Assembly: GCA_963713825.1 (NCBI GenBank)
Contig: CAVQNG010000002.1
Location: forward strand, 1-51,894
Reading direction: 5' to 3'
DNA: 51,894 nucleotides
Origin: an uncultured Acidobacteriota bacterium
GTDB taxonomy: Bacteria > Acidobacteriota > Thermoanaerobaculia > Multivoradales > JAHEKO01
The translations under genes and the position numbers were made by a program. Below are positions 37,084-46,585 of the stretch, piece after piece. The notes beneath the pieces are model-generated. The model had not been told where the DNA came from and did not search any database. It saw nothing but the letters and a program-made list of their open reading frames with translations. Each line of letters begins with the position of its first letter. The stretch's first letter is position 1.

Positions 37084-39456
37084 TTATGCGGCCTCTTGAA
37101 ATAGCTGGGATTCAAGTTCATGAACTGCAGCGAGGTAGTCTTCCTTACCGCCAAAGAGCTTTACGATTTCAACCGGTGTGCCGAGGGTGGTTAACGGATC
37201 GACCTTGAGGATTTCGAGTGATTCGAGGCTCCTAGTCCCGCCGTCCGCATACTTCTCAAGGAGAGCCTGAAGGACGCCTCGTGCCTGCTTGCCGTATTGA
37301 CCGAACACATCCCGCTTCTTGACTCGGTCGGCCCGCTCGCGGCGTGTGAGGGGCGGCTGGTCGAAGGCAACATGACAGACGAGGTCGAAGGCATCATAGT
37401 CGCGGCCGACTTGCTCAGCGAGCTCTTCGATGAATACGCCCTTGGTCGCGAGTTCTTCGATGATCGCCTGCTTACGCTCGGCCCCGGTCCAGGCTTTCAG
37501 GAACTGGTCGAGCGAGGCGTACTCCTTACGAACGGCCTTCCGGGAGTACTCCCGCAAAGACTCGGTAATGAGCTTGCCGTTTTCGTCAAGGTACTGAACG
37601 CGCTCGGTGGCGACCGCGACTTCTACGTCGTCGACGTAGTACTTGACGGGTGATTCTTCTCCCGGAGGCTCAGGGCCGATCGGAGGATCAACAATGATCT
37701 CGCCAGGTTGCTCCTCATCGTCCTCTTCCGGCGGATCATCAGGTGGCACCGGCGGGTCGTCTGGTCCCGGTTCGTAGATCTGAACAGGATCTCCGTCGAA
37801 ATCCGGGTCGGCGAAGAGAGCGGTGGCTTGCTTGAAATCCATGATCGTGAAGAAGAACTTGTTGTAGTCTTCGTTGATCCTTGTACCGCGGCCGATGATC
37901 TGCTTGAACTCCGTCATGGAGTTGATGCGCTTATCGAGCACTATGAGATGGCAGGTCTGCGCGTCGACTCCGGTCGACATGAGCTGCGACGTAGTGGCAA
38001 CTACGGGGAACGTAGACTCCGGATCGATGAAGTTATCGAGCTGACCCTTGCCCTCATCGTTGTCACCTGTGATGCGCATGACGTAGCGCTTGTTAGCGGC
38101 CGCAAGATCCGGATTGGCGTTGACCATTGCCTGCCTCATACGCTCCGCATGTTCGATGTTCTCGCAGAATATGATCGTCTTGGCGAAGCGGTCGGTGGCC
38201 GTGAGGAACTCAGTCACCTTTGAAGCGACAAGTTGGGTGCGCTTTTCGAGGATGAGCGTTCGGTCATAGTCGAGGATGTTGTACTCGCGGTCCTCAATCA
38301 ACTCGCCGTATTTGTCCGTTTGGCCCAGCTCAGGCCGCCACCCATCGAGGTCTCGATCGAGTCCTATTCGCACCACCTTGTAGGGTGCCAGGAAGCCGTC
38401 CGAGATCCCCTGCTTTAGCGAGTAGGTGTAGATCGGGTCGCCGAAGTACTCGATATTGGAGATCGTTTCGGTCTCCTTCGGCGTCGCGGTCATCCCGATT
38501 TGGGTTGCCGATGAGAAGTATTCGAGCACCTTCCGCCAAGCGGCGTCGTCAGCTGCGCTTCCGCGATGGCACTCGTCCACGACAACCAAGTCGAAGAAGT
38601 CCTGCGAGAACTCCTTGTATATGTTTTGCTCTTCTTCAGGGCCAGTAACGGCCTGGTAGAGCGAGAGGTAGATTTCGAACGCCTTGTCCGCAGTTCTCTT
38701 TGTGATCTTTGTCATCGCCTGGCCGAAGGGCTTGAAATCGTTCGTCTTTGTCTGGTCGGCGAGGACATTGCGATCGACAAGAAAGAGGATTCGCTTCTTG
38801 GCGCCCGACTTCCAGAGACGCCAGATGATCTGGAAGGCGGTGTAGGTCTTACCTGTACCTGTAGCCATGACGAGCAGGACGCGCTTTTCGCCACGTGCAA
38901 TGGCTTCGACAGTTCGGTTGATAGCGACGAGTTGGTAGTAGCGGGGCTTCTTGCCTGAACCGTCGTCGAAGTAGTCCTGATTGGTGACAGACACTTGGGT
39001 GTCCGTGAGGCCCTTCGCTGAGCAGTACTTGGCCCAGAGATCGTCCGGAGAGGGGAACTTCTCCAAAGGGATCTCTCTCGTGACGGGGTCGGAGGCCCCG
39101 GTCCGATCGTGCTCCAGAAACGCATCCCCATTCGAGCTGTACGCGAATGGCAGATCGAGGATCTCGGCATAGTCGAGGGCCTGCTGCATCCCAGCCCCCA
39201 CTGAGTGGTTGTTGTCCTTCGCCTCAACTATTGCCAGCGGAATGTTTGGCTTGTAGAAGAGGATGTAGTCGGCCTTCTTAGCTTCCCCTCGGGCAATAGT
39301 CTTGCCGCGGACAATCACACGGCCCTTGGTGAAGTAGTGCTCCTCTAGGAGCTGAGTCATGAGATCCCAGCCCGCCCCGCCCTCACCAGCGATTGCGGGA
39401 GTGATGAACTTGGTGCGGATGTCTGCCTCTGTCAGCTTCTTCTTGTCTACATTCAT
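37084..39456 (-). CDS. hsdR: Type I restriction enzyme R subunit (EcoAI/EcoEI-like)
   Basis: ADY..VEAK nuclease motif, MATGTGKT, DECHRG, TATP, QIIGRGTR, EcoEI-type C-terminus (LTRRERA). Confidence 0.97.
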   Translation of the reverse strand: MNVDKKKLTEADIRTKFITPAIAGEGGAGWDLMTQLLEEHYFTKGRVIVRGKTIARGEAKKADYILFYKPNIPLAIVEAKDNNHSVGAGMQQALDYAEILDLPFAYSSNGDAFLEHDRTGASDPVTREIPLEKFPSPDDLWAKYCSAKGLTDTQVSVTNQDYFDDGSGKKPRYYQLVAINRTVEAIARGEKRVLLVMATGTGKTYTAFQIIWRLWKSGAKKRILFLVDRNVLADQTKTNDFKPFGQAMTKITKRTADKAFEIYLSLYQAVTGPEEEQNIYKEFSQDFFDLVVVDECHRGSAADDAAWRKVLEYFSSATQIGMTATPKETETISNIEYFGDPIYTYSLKQGISDGFLAPYKVVRIGLDRDLDGWRPELGQTDKYGELIEDREYNILDYDRTLILEKRTQLVASKVTEFLTATDRFAKTIIFCENIEHAERMRQAMVNANPDLAAANKRYVMRITGDNDEGKGQLDNFIDPESTFPVVATTSQLMSTGVDAQTCHLIVLDKRINSMTEFKQIIGRGTRINEDYNKFFFTIMDFKQATALFADPDFDGDPVQIYEPGPDDPPVPPDDPPEEDDEEQPGEIIVDPPIGPEPPGEESPVKYYVDDVEVAVATERVQYLDENGKLITESLREYSRKAVRKEYASLDQFLKAWTGAERKQAIIEELATKGVFIEELAEQVGRDYDAFDLVCHVAFDQPPLTRRERADRVKKRDVFGQYGKQARGVLQALLEKYADGGTRSLESLEILKVDPLTTLGTPVEIVKLFGGKEDYLAAVHELESQLFQEAA

Positions 39457-39759
39457 TTCACGACTTGATCCCCGCAACCAGACCGGTGATTCTTGACAGG
39501 CCTGAAATCGCTGCTGGTCATGATCGAGTGTTGAGTAGTGTATGAGAAGTAAGTCGCTCTAGTAGCACAGCAACCCGAAATTTCATTCGCAAGCTGAGAT
39601 ACTCGTGCAGCCAACTCCCCCGGCCGCACCGCCTTGCACTTTCCCCAATCCCAAAGTCCACTTTGAAAGCTGGATAACCTCTAAGAGGCCTGTCACGGAG
39701 GTTGGCGGGCCGAGTTGCCCTACTGGGTTTGTTCTTGAATGCCATAGTCCGTTGAGCAG

Positions 39760-40281
39760 CTACTTCTTCTGGTTGTCTTTCGAGTACATCCAGAGGGCGC
39801 GATCCAGTTCTCGAATCGAGAGTCCTAGCTCCTGCGCTAGATTCGTGCAGTGATCTCTGTAAGCCTTCCAAAACTCGAAGTTGTAGGTCGGTGGCTCGTC
39901 GAACCCGAGCGACCACAGGGCTCGGAAGTCTAGGATTGGGTACTTGTTTTGGTAGCCCCAGTGAAGTAGGGCCGAAGCTACAGGCCAGCTCACGCCCTTC
40001 AAGAGCGTGAGCACTTCAATGCGAAGTTGCTCGCAAGGGGAGGAATACGCTAGTCGGGTGGTGAATTTGACTAGCTCGGCACTGTTACTCTTCGTGTACC
40101 GTTTAGTTCGAGGTGATTTCCAGCTACAGATCTGAATGAACTCGCCCCACCTACAGTAGCCTCGCAGTCTGATTTTGGGCGAGATTTCCTCTCTCGGCAG
40201 CGCATCTCTGCTGGGGTCGTAACTCTCAAAGAGGTCGGGGATTTCTGACTTGTCGCATCGAAGGCCAAAGCGATACTGCAT
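39760..40281 (-). CDS. Helix-hairpin-helix protein (DNA glycosylase-like fold, tentative)
   Basis: LKGVSWPVASALL HhH, followed by PILD and a C-terminal RELDRALW. Confidence 0.65.
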   Translation of the reverse strand: MQYRFGLRCDKSEIPDLFESYDPSRDALPREEISPKIRLRGYCRWGEFIQICSWKSPRTKRYTKSNSAELVKFTTRLAYSSPCEQLRIEVLTLLKGVSWPVASALLHWGYQNKYPILDFRALWSLGFDEPPTYNFEFWKAYRDHCTNLAQELGLSIRELDRALWMYSKDNQKK

Positions 40282-40300
40282 CTGAAACCCTCACTAGAAG

Positions 40301-41353
40301 CTACTCTTCGTGCTCGAACTGCCCTGCGGTCTGGGCTATGTAGGCAACCCACCGCAAGAGCGACTCAATCTCGGCTAGCGAGAGCGGCCGATCAATCAGG
40401 CACTTCAGCTCACCTCCCGCAGGTACGAAGAGCCCAGTTTCGAGTGCTTTCGAAAAGAGCTGCTCTGCGAGTTCCCCTGTGCCGCCTATCTTTCCTACCA
40501 AGCCTCCACGAGGGCTTACAAGGCCCGTGTAGAGGGACTGCTTGAATACCGACTCGGGCGGGAAACAGTAAAGGATTCCGAGAGTTGCTCCGTGTCTTTG
40601 GACGTTCAGCGAGAATCCCTTTGTGCCCCAGTTGATCGGATAGGCCTTCTTCTCTGCGAGGTCGAGAATGGCCTCAAATACGGGTCGACCGTGGTGATCA
40701 ACGGCTCTAAGAAACTGGTCTTTGGTAGTCGGTGGGGACGATACTGAGGATACCTTCGCTTTGCCATCCTCGCCCTCGACTACGATGTCTTGGGACATCA
40801 GTTGTCTTCCCGAGTCGTCTTCGAAGAACGAGAACTGGACGCACGTCGTGGGAATTCCCTTCTTGCCCAGATACTCAGCGGTTTGTCGAATTGGGTCAGT
40901 GATCTGCTGGCCGACAATCACGATCCGCTGAGATTTGTTGAAGGCTACTGCCTCGTCGCTTTCGAGTTCGAAGTACCTGCGATGGTAATCGGCCAACTCG
41001 ATTGACGGATCGCTGGTGTAGGTTTGCAGGATGCTCTCGAGTTGGGTCCACTCAAGTCTCTCAGCGAATGAGGCGTACTCGAGAGCCTGCGCGATCACTT
41101 CACGTGGCGTTCTGCCCCGCTTAAGTTCAAGCACAACAACGTCACCTTGTCGGTCGAGGGCTAGAAGGTCGATAAAGCCGCACAAATTCGTTGTTACCTG
41201 ACGGCCGATAATGAGGAGTGTGCCTTCCTCCAAAATCCCGTCGGGGTTCCTCTCTAGCCAGGCTTCGAGCGTTGCTTCTTCGTGATCGACCTCGAAGCTC
41301 ATACGAACGTATTCCTTGAAGTCATTGTCGTTCACGATACCGAATAGGCGCAT
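40301..41353 (-). CDS. NucS/DUF91-like PD-(D/E)XK endonuclease domain protein
   Basis: IGRQV...IDLLALD..G..VVLELKRG..REVIAQALEYA. Confidence 0.85.
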   Translation of the reverse strand: MRLFGIVNDNDFKEYVRMSFEVDHEEATLEAWLERNPDGILEEGTLLIIGRQVTTNLCGFIDLLALDRQGDVVVLELKRGRTPREVIAQALEYASFAERLEWTQLESILQTYTSDPSIELADYHRRYFELESDEAVAFNKSQRIVIVGQQITDPIRQTAEYLGKKGIPTTCVQFSFFEDDSGRQLMSQDIVVEGEDGKAKVSSVSSPPTTKDQFLRAVDHHGRPVFEAILDLAEKKAYPINWGTKGFSLNVQRHGATLGILYCFPPESVFKQSLYTGLVSPRGGLVGKIGGTGELAEQLFSKALETGLFVPAGGELKCLIDRPLSLAEIESLLRWVAYIAQTAGQFEHEE

Positions 41354-41394
41354 CTCGAACCGTCCTTCGCGGCTTCTGGTTGATCCTCTACCAA

Positions 41395-42339
41395 CTAGCC
41401 ATTCCTATCTACGAATGCCTGGACAATCCCTGATGATCTTTCTTTCAACTCCCCGGGCCCCACCACCCGACACTTCCCCCCGAAACCTACAATCCACCGG
41501 GAGATCTCTTCGAGGCTGGAGAGTTGGATGCGGTACTCGATGGTGCCGTTGGGGAGTTCCTTCGTTTCCTCTCCGGGGTGGTGGCGGGCGTTGAGGATGA
41601 GGGGGGCGAGGGAGGGGTCGAAGTGGAGGACGACGTCGTAGGAGCCTTCGCCCTTGATGAGCTTCCAGGAGTCCTGGAGGTGGCTTTCGAGGTCGAAGTC
41701 GTCAGGGATCTCGTAGGTCTTGTCGAGGCCGCGGACGCCGCCGATACGGTCGAGGCGGAAGGTGCGGGGCTCGGCGTTCTCGTGGCAGTGGCCCACGAGA
41801 TACCAGGCCTCGGAGCGCTGAAAGACCTGCCAGGGGTCGAGGCCCCGCCAGCGCTTCTTGCTGCCGGAGAGCGAGTGGTACTGGATCTCCACCGACTGGC
41901 GCTTCTGGATGGCCAGGCGAAGGGGCTCGAGGGCGTCCTGGGCCTGCGGGCCGGAGCGGTCGACAGAGGCGAGCTGCAGGGCCTGGGGCGACTCCTCGGC
42001 CATGGCGATGGCGGCATCGAGCTTCATCTCCAGGGCTTCGAGGCGCTGGAGCAGGGCCGGCTGGTGCCGCAGGGCCGGGTTGTGGAGGGCGACCTTGAGG
42101 AGAGCGTGCTCCTCGGTGGTCAGGTTCAGGGGCTTGAGGGTGGCCGTCTCCATGAGCTTGTAGCCGTACTCGTCGGAGTAGATGGGTATGTGGTGCTCGG
42201 AGAGGTCGGCCAGGTCGCGGTAGGCGGTGCGCACGGAGACCCCGAAGCGATCGGCGATCTCGTCGATGGAGCGGGGCTTCTTGCCTGCCAGCAAGGTCAC
42301 GACCCCGAACAGCCGAATGGAGCGGTTCATCGTTGCCAT
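41395..42339 (-). CDS. HTH-WYL-WCX transcriptional regulator (PafB/C, YafY-like)
   Basis: IADRFGVSVRTAYRDL HTH; AWYLVG..PRTFRLDRI; C-terminal W..GFG....V.GP.EL. Confidence 0.95.
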   Translation of the reverse strand: MATMNRSIRLFGVVTLLAGKKPRSIDEIADRFGVSVRTAYRDLADLSEHHIPIYSDEYGYKLMETATLKPLNLTTEEHALLKVALHNPALRHQPALLQRLEALEMKLDAAIAMAEESPQALQLASVDRSGPQAQDALEPLRLAIQKRQSVEIQYHSLSGSKKRWRGLDPWQVFQRSEAWYLVGHCHENAEPRTFRLDRIGGVRGLDKTYEIPDDFDLESHLQDSWKLIKGEGSYDVVLHFDPSLAPLILNARHHPGEETKELPNGTIEYRIQLSSLEEISRWIVGFGGKCRVVGPGELKERSSGIVQAFVDRNG

Positions 42340-42380
42340 AGTGGGCGTTCTCTAGTGTGACCTCCTGAAGGTAACAAACT

Positions 42381-42400
42381 GGTGGCGCCAGGTTGCCACC
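42381..42400. promoter_or_regulatory. Palindrome GGTGGC-N8-GCCACC upstream of the WYL gene (possible autoregulatory site)
   Basis: Inverted repeat ~40 bp upstream of the start, next to a TACCTT -10-like hexamer on the minus strand. Confidence 0.4.
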
Positions 42401-42443
42401 CGAAGGGGTGGGGCGCAATGGCAAGGGCCACATGGCCCTAGCC

Positions 42444-42469
42444 GGGCGGGGGCAAGCCCCGCCTCTACA
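42444..42469 (-). repeat. GTAG-type REP element family A, copy 2
   Basis: Reverse complement TGTAGAGGCGGGGCTTGCCCCCGCCC. Confidence 0.8.
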
Positions 42470-42507
42470 CCCCCATCCACGACGAGTGACAACACGCGAA
42501 CGTGGTC

Positions 42508-42539
42508 ACTCTAGCGAGGGCTAGTGTCAGGGGGTGTCA
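42508..42539 (-). promoter_or_regulatory. TGACA-N5-TGACA-N11-TAGAGT box pointing at the WYL-led operon
   Basis: Overlaps the non-conserved 3' tail of the Nudix gene; best match to the recurring box. Confidence 0.55.
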
Positions 42540-42963
42540 GTGGCGAAAAGGTCCTGGGGCTTGGGTCCTGCCGGGTCAACAAATCCTGGACTACCGGAAC
42601 GACGGGGATATCAGCTTCCGCCCAATCGAGGCGCACGAGTTTCTCGGCGTTGACCCAGCGAATCTGGTGATGCTCGATGGGTATGAGGTCCCCGCTCAAT
42701 ATCTGGGCTCTGAAGACTTCGAGTCGAATGGCGTGGCCTCGAATTTCGGAAGAGCCTTCGCCGAGAAACTCGTAGACCTCGATTGCCACCCCAAACTCCT
42801 CAGAAATCTCTCGCCGAAGGGCGTCAGCTGGAGCCTCGCCTGCCTTTACCTTGCCTCCAGGGAACTCCCACTTCAGTGGCACAGACATCTGCTCGCCGCG
42901 TTGGGCCACCAGGCAGGTGTTGCCGTTCAGGATGGCAGCGCCGACAACGTGGACTTCTTCCAT
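42511..42963 (-). CDS. MutT/NudG-like Nudix (d)NTP pyrophosphohydrolase
   Basis: WEFPGGKVKAGEAPADALRREISEEFG Nudix box; WAEADIP. Confidence 0.93.
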   Translation of the reverse strand: MEEVHVVGAAILNGNTCLVAQRGEQMSVPLKWEFPGGKVKAGEAPADALRREISEEFGVAIEVYEFLGEGSSEIRGHAIRLEVFRAQILSGDLIPIEHHQIRWVNAEKLVRLDWAEADIPVVPVVQDLLTRQDPSPRTFSPLTPPDTSPR

Positions 42964-42976
42964 TTCCAAAGTCGAG

Positions 42977-45900
42977 TCAGTCGAGCTTGAAGTGCTCGAA
43001 GAGATGTTCTGGTAGTGGGTCTTGAAGCTTCCACTGCACCGTGACTGGCTTCTCGCCCGCCCAGCTAACGAAGTCGAGCTTTCCGCAATAGGTGAAGGGC
43101 GTCACTTTCCCCAACGTCTTGGAGTATTTACGGACGAAGAGTGGAACCTCCAGACCCTGGTCGCGGTGGTTCTGGATCATCTGGCCGTGCTTGCCTTCCT
43201 GTGTTGTGCGGTTTTGACTGACCCACTCGAACTCTGTGTTGCTGAGAAACCGATCTGCGTATTTGTGTTCGTCAGGATGCCCAGACTTGTCAAGGGTCAC
43301 AAAGAGGAACAGATGTGGAGGCTGAGGAACAAACCCCTGATTCCAAACCGGTGCTTTGAAGTCCAGACCGAAGAGATCCGGTAGATCGGCCCTTTGGTAG
43401 CTCTCCCAGAGGGTCAGATGCTCCGCTGCGCCCCCATTCCTGCCCCTGGGGTTGAGATGCCAGCCGTCTTCCCTGTATTCGAAGACTACGCGGTGACTCG
43501 TACCAGGAAGGCCGGCATCTTCGCCGAACCAGGATCGGAGGACCTCTGGCAAGACATTGTCCTCTGAGCCCTCCTGGCGCATCACATTGACGGCCACTTT
43601 GACGAAGTTCGCTTCGTAGGTCTCGCCATCAGCCACGACCGGAGTCCATCCCGATGGGATGCCCTCGGTGGTTGCGCGATCCGGTAGGAACAGGATCGGC
43701 CGCCCCGTTGCGTGGGAGACTTTGCACTCGAAGCTCAGTTCTTCGGAGGAACCGTTTCGGCTCAGGTACTCGGCGAGTCGCCAATCGGCCAGTTCCCGAA
43801 CGAGCTCCTGAAATGGTTCTCTCTCGTTGCTCGTGACCTCGAAGGTCGAGCGGAAGACCCCATTCCGGTATTCGAAGAAGAGACTTCCGCCCGTTCCCTT
43901 GCCGCCTGTCCAGGCCTCGATAGGGTTCTTTTCGAGGTGACGGATCAAGGCAGCTCTATCTCCGGATGAGGGTCCGAGGTCGGCTTGCAAGGCTGCAGAT
44001 CGGCGCGCCAGGCGCTCGACTGCCTTGGTGAGATCCTCGACAGAGATTTCCCCGGGGAAGGCATCGCGATTCAGAGCTGCCAAGAGGACAAGCATCTTGT
44101 AGCTCTTGGTCATCGGAGTCTTCTCGAGGGTGTCGAGGAACTCGCCGGTCCGACCTTGCTTGGCGACTGTTGCTGTAGCCTCGTCGAGGCCGCCCATGTG
44201 GTCTATGAATCGAACCCAGGAACCGAAGCTCTTGCGTGCGGCCCGGGGGTTGTAACCGTCGTGAAATGCCTCGACGGCTCGTGGCCGCTCTCCGCGCCTG
44301 GCCATGAAATCGTCGTAGTAGAAACGAAGAGTCTCCTCGGTTTGCGGCGGGCGGAGGAGTGATTCGAGGATCTCGATCGCCTCGAGATCGTAGGTCACTT
44401 CACAACCCGGTGGTAGGTCAGCTTCACCCTGGCGAACGAGCTCCAGCTGGCGACGAATCAGACCGTCCTTGGGCTGGTCTAGCGAGAAGAGAGCCTGGGC
44501 CTTGATCAGGAAGATCCGGTGGTTGCCGATGTAGTCGATGACCCTTAGGTGCTCCTTGCCCTCGACCCGGCGCAGGCCTCGACCGAACTGTTGGAGCCAG
44601 AGAAGCCTGGATTCGGTGGGGCGGAGCATCATGATCGTGTCCACATGCGGCAGATCGACGCCCTCGTTGAACATGTCGACGGCAAAGACGACATCGAGCT
44701 CGCCCTTGTCGAGCTGCTCGAGAGAGCGGGTGCGAGGGTCGCTTCCGTCGCCAGAATGGACGGCTGCGCAGCGTACGCCCTGGTTGCTGAAGAACTCGCG
44801 CATGAAGTTCGCGTGGCGAAGCGAGCAGCAGAAGGCCAGAGTTCGAGTGCCACCTTTCTCTTGGTGTTGATCTAGTGCGTTTTGGGCGCGCTTCTGGGTA
44901 GCCACGGCTTCGGTCAGAGCTTCTTCGTCGAAACGGGTACTGCGCCACGGGATCTGGGCGTAGTCGACCTCGTCGGGAACGCCGAAGTACTTGAAGGGGC
45001 TGAGAAGCTCGAGTTCAATCCCCTGAGCGAGATCGCAGCGGTAGACGAGGTTTTCCTGGCATAGTGCAAGGAGGTCTCCACCGTCGGTACGCTCTGGGGT
45101 GGCGGTGAGGCCCAGCAGGAAGTCGGGCTCGAAGTAGTCGATGAGTTTGCGATAGGTGCGTGCGGCTGCATGATGAAACTCGTCGATGACGATGTAGTCG
45201 AAGGCGTCAGGGGCGAACCTTTCGAGATTCTTCTGCCGGCTAAGCGCTTGGACCGAGGCGAAGAGGACGTCTGCCGTCGGAGCCTTGCTCTTCCCAGTAA
45301 AGAGGCCCAGGTGGGCGGTGGGCCGAATGCGGCGAAAGGTGCGCCGTGCCTGGTCGAGAATCTCTTCGCGATGGGCGACGAAGAGAACCCGCGTGAAGTT
45401 GCCCTGTTCCGTATCGAAGGCTGACAGCCAGGTCTTGCCAAGGCCTGTGGCGAGAACCACTAGCCCTGCAGAGTTGCCGGCGGTTCGGGTGGCTCCCAGG
45501 GCTTCGAGCGCTTCCCTCTGGATGTGGTGGGGCTTTGGTGGGGGAGTTGTAGGCTCCTCCCGCACTTCGGAGGGCTCGATCTTGGGTGCAGGGTAGACCT
45601 TGCGCCGCTTCTCGTAGGCGTCGATCCAGGCATCGTCGAGGTGGGCGGTATTCGGGTGATTCCAGAGCCGCCCGAATCCCTCCGTAACATCCCTGAAGCC
45701 CCGGGCATCTTGGGAGAGGAGTGTCCGATAGTTCCACTCGACCCCGTCGGTCAGGGCTGGCCGGGTGAGGTTGGAGCTCCCGACCAGTGCCACTCCGTCG
45801 CCGCCGCTGGCCATGAAAATGTAGGCCTTGGGATGAAAAGAAGTTCTTGCCGCCTGGAAGACCTTGAGTTGGACCTGGTCCGGGAAGGCTGTCTCGATGT

Positions 45901-46585
45901 CTAGTAGTTGTCTGAGGGCGTCTGGATCGGTGACATCCAGATAGTCGCCGGCCAGAATCCTCAGGGTTCCGCCCTGTTGCAGAAAGTCGAAGAGCCTGGG
46001 CTCGAGAAGTGCGAGTCCGCTTGGAAGAATGAAGGCCACCGCCATATCGACGTGGGTCGCCGCCTCGAGATGAAGCTCGAGGTGGGCGAGCAGCGGGTCG
46101 ACACCGCCAGACACCAAAGCCCGGTCGTGGGGGAGTCCAACTAGGCTTGCGGAGCTTGAAGAATCGGGCTGAGAGGGTAGGCGCGGCTCGGAGTCGGAAG
46201 GCTCTTTCAGGTAGTTCCCTTTGTCAGGAACGACCCAGCGAACTCCGCCCCTGGGATCTTCGACGTCCCCTGCGAAACGGGGAATCACGTGCAGGTGAAG
46301 ATGAGGAACGGTCTGGCCTGCCTCGGCGCCGACATTGACGCCGATGTTGAAGCCGTCAGGTTGGTCCTGCTCGAGGATCTTCTGTCGGGCAATCTCGATC
46401 GCGCCGATCAGCTCTGAGCGTTCCTCGTCAGTCGCATCGAACCAGGAGGCTACATGTCGTTTCGTGATGAGAAGGGCGTGACCTGGGTTTACTGGGAAGG
46501 CGTCCCAGAGCCCGAGGATGAGGCGACCAGCGTGGAAGATTCGCTGCCCGTCGGGGGTGCAGAAAGGGCACGGGGTGCTGGTCAC
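42977..46585 (-). CDS. HIT-PLD-SF2 helicase-DUF3427 fusion (SauUSI-like type IV restriction enzyme with added HIT domain)
   Basis: CPFC..FPVNPGH..AGQTVPHLHLHVIPR (HIT); FHPKAY..GSSNLT..EWN (PLD); ATGLGKT, DEFHH, TATP, QQFGRGLR; C-terminal LFVTLDK..Y.D.F...FEW.SQ (DUF3427). Confidence 0.92.
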   Translation of the reverse strand: MTSTPCPFCTPDGQRIFHAGRLILGLWDAFPVNPGHALLITKRHVASWFDATDEERSELIGAIEIARQKILEQDQPDGFNIGVNVGAEAGQTVPHLHLHVIPRFAGDVEDPRGGVRWVVPDKGNYLKEPSDSEPRLPSQPDSSSSASLVGLPHDRALVSGGVDPLLAHLELHLEAATHVDMAVAFILPSGLALLEPRLFDFLQQGGTLRILAGDYLDVTDPDALRQLLDIETAFPDQVQLKVFQAARTSFHPKAYIFMASGGDGVALVGSSNLTRPALTDGVEWNYRTLLSQDARGFRDVTEGFGRLWNHPNTAHLDDAWIDAYEKRRKVYPAPKIEPSEVREEPTTPPPKPHHIQREALEALGATRTAGNSAGLVVLATGLGKTWLSAFDTEQGNFTRVLFVAHREEILDQARRTFRRIRPTAHLGLFTGKSKAPTADVLFASVQALSRQKNLERFAPDAFDYIVIDEFHHAAARTYRKLIDYFEPDFLLGLTATPERTDGGDLLALCQENLVYRCDLAQGIELELLSPFKYFGVPDEVDYAQIPWRSTRFDEEALTEAVATQKRAQNALDQHQEKGGTRTLAFCCSLRHANFMREFFSNQGVRCAAVHSGDGSDPRTRSLEQLDKGELDVVFAVDMFNEGVDLPHVDTIMMLRPTESRLLWLQQFGRGLRRVEGKEHLRVIDYIGNHRIFLIKAQALFSLDQPKDGLIRRQLELVRQGEADLPPGCEVTYDLEAIEILESLLRPPQTEETLRFYYDDFMARRGERPRAVEAFHDGYNPRAARKSFGSWVRFIDHMGGLDEATATVAKQGRTGEFLDTLEKTPMTKSYKMLVLLAALNRDAFPGEISVEDLTKAVERLARRSAALQADLGPSSGDRAALIRHLEKNPIEAWTGGKGTGGSLFFEYRNGVFRSTFEVTSNEREPFQELVRELADWRLAEYLSRNGSSEELSFECKVSHATGRPILFLPDRATTEGIPSGWTPVVADGETYEANFVKVAVNVMRQEGSEDNVLPEVLRSWFGEDAGLPGTSHRVVFEYREDGWHLNPRGRNGGAAEHLTLWESYQRADLPDLFGLDFKAPVWNQGFVPQPPHLFLFVTLDKSGHPDEHKYADRFLSNTEFEWVSQNRTTQEGKHGQMIQNHRDQGLEVPLFVRKYSKTLGKVTPFTYCGKLDFVSWAGEKPVTVQWKLQDPLPEHLFEHFKLD

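Noticed and set aside
41487-42433. Long alternative-frame and antisense ORFs over the WYL gene (also over hsdR, hsdM, VIT-vWA, ARH)
   Set aside because: Shadow ORFs expected from high GC3; no motifs or RBS.
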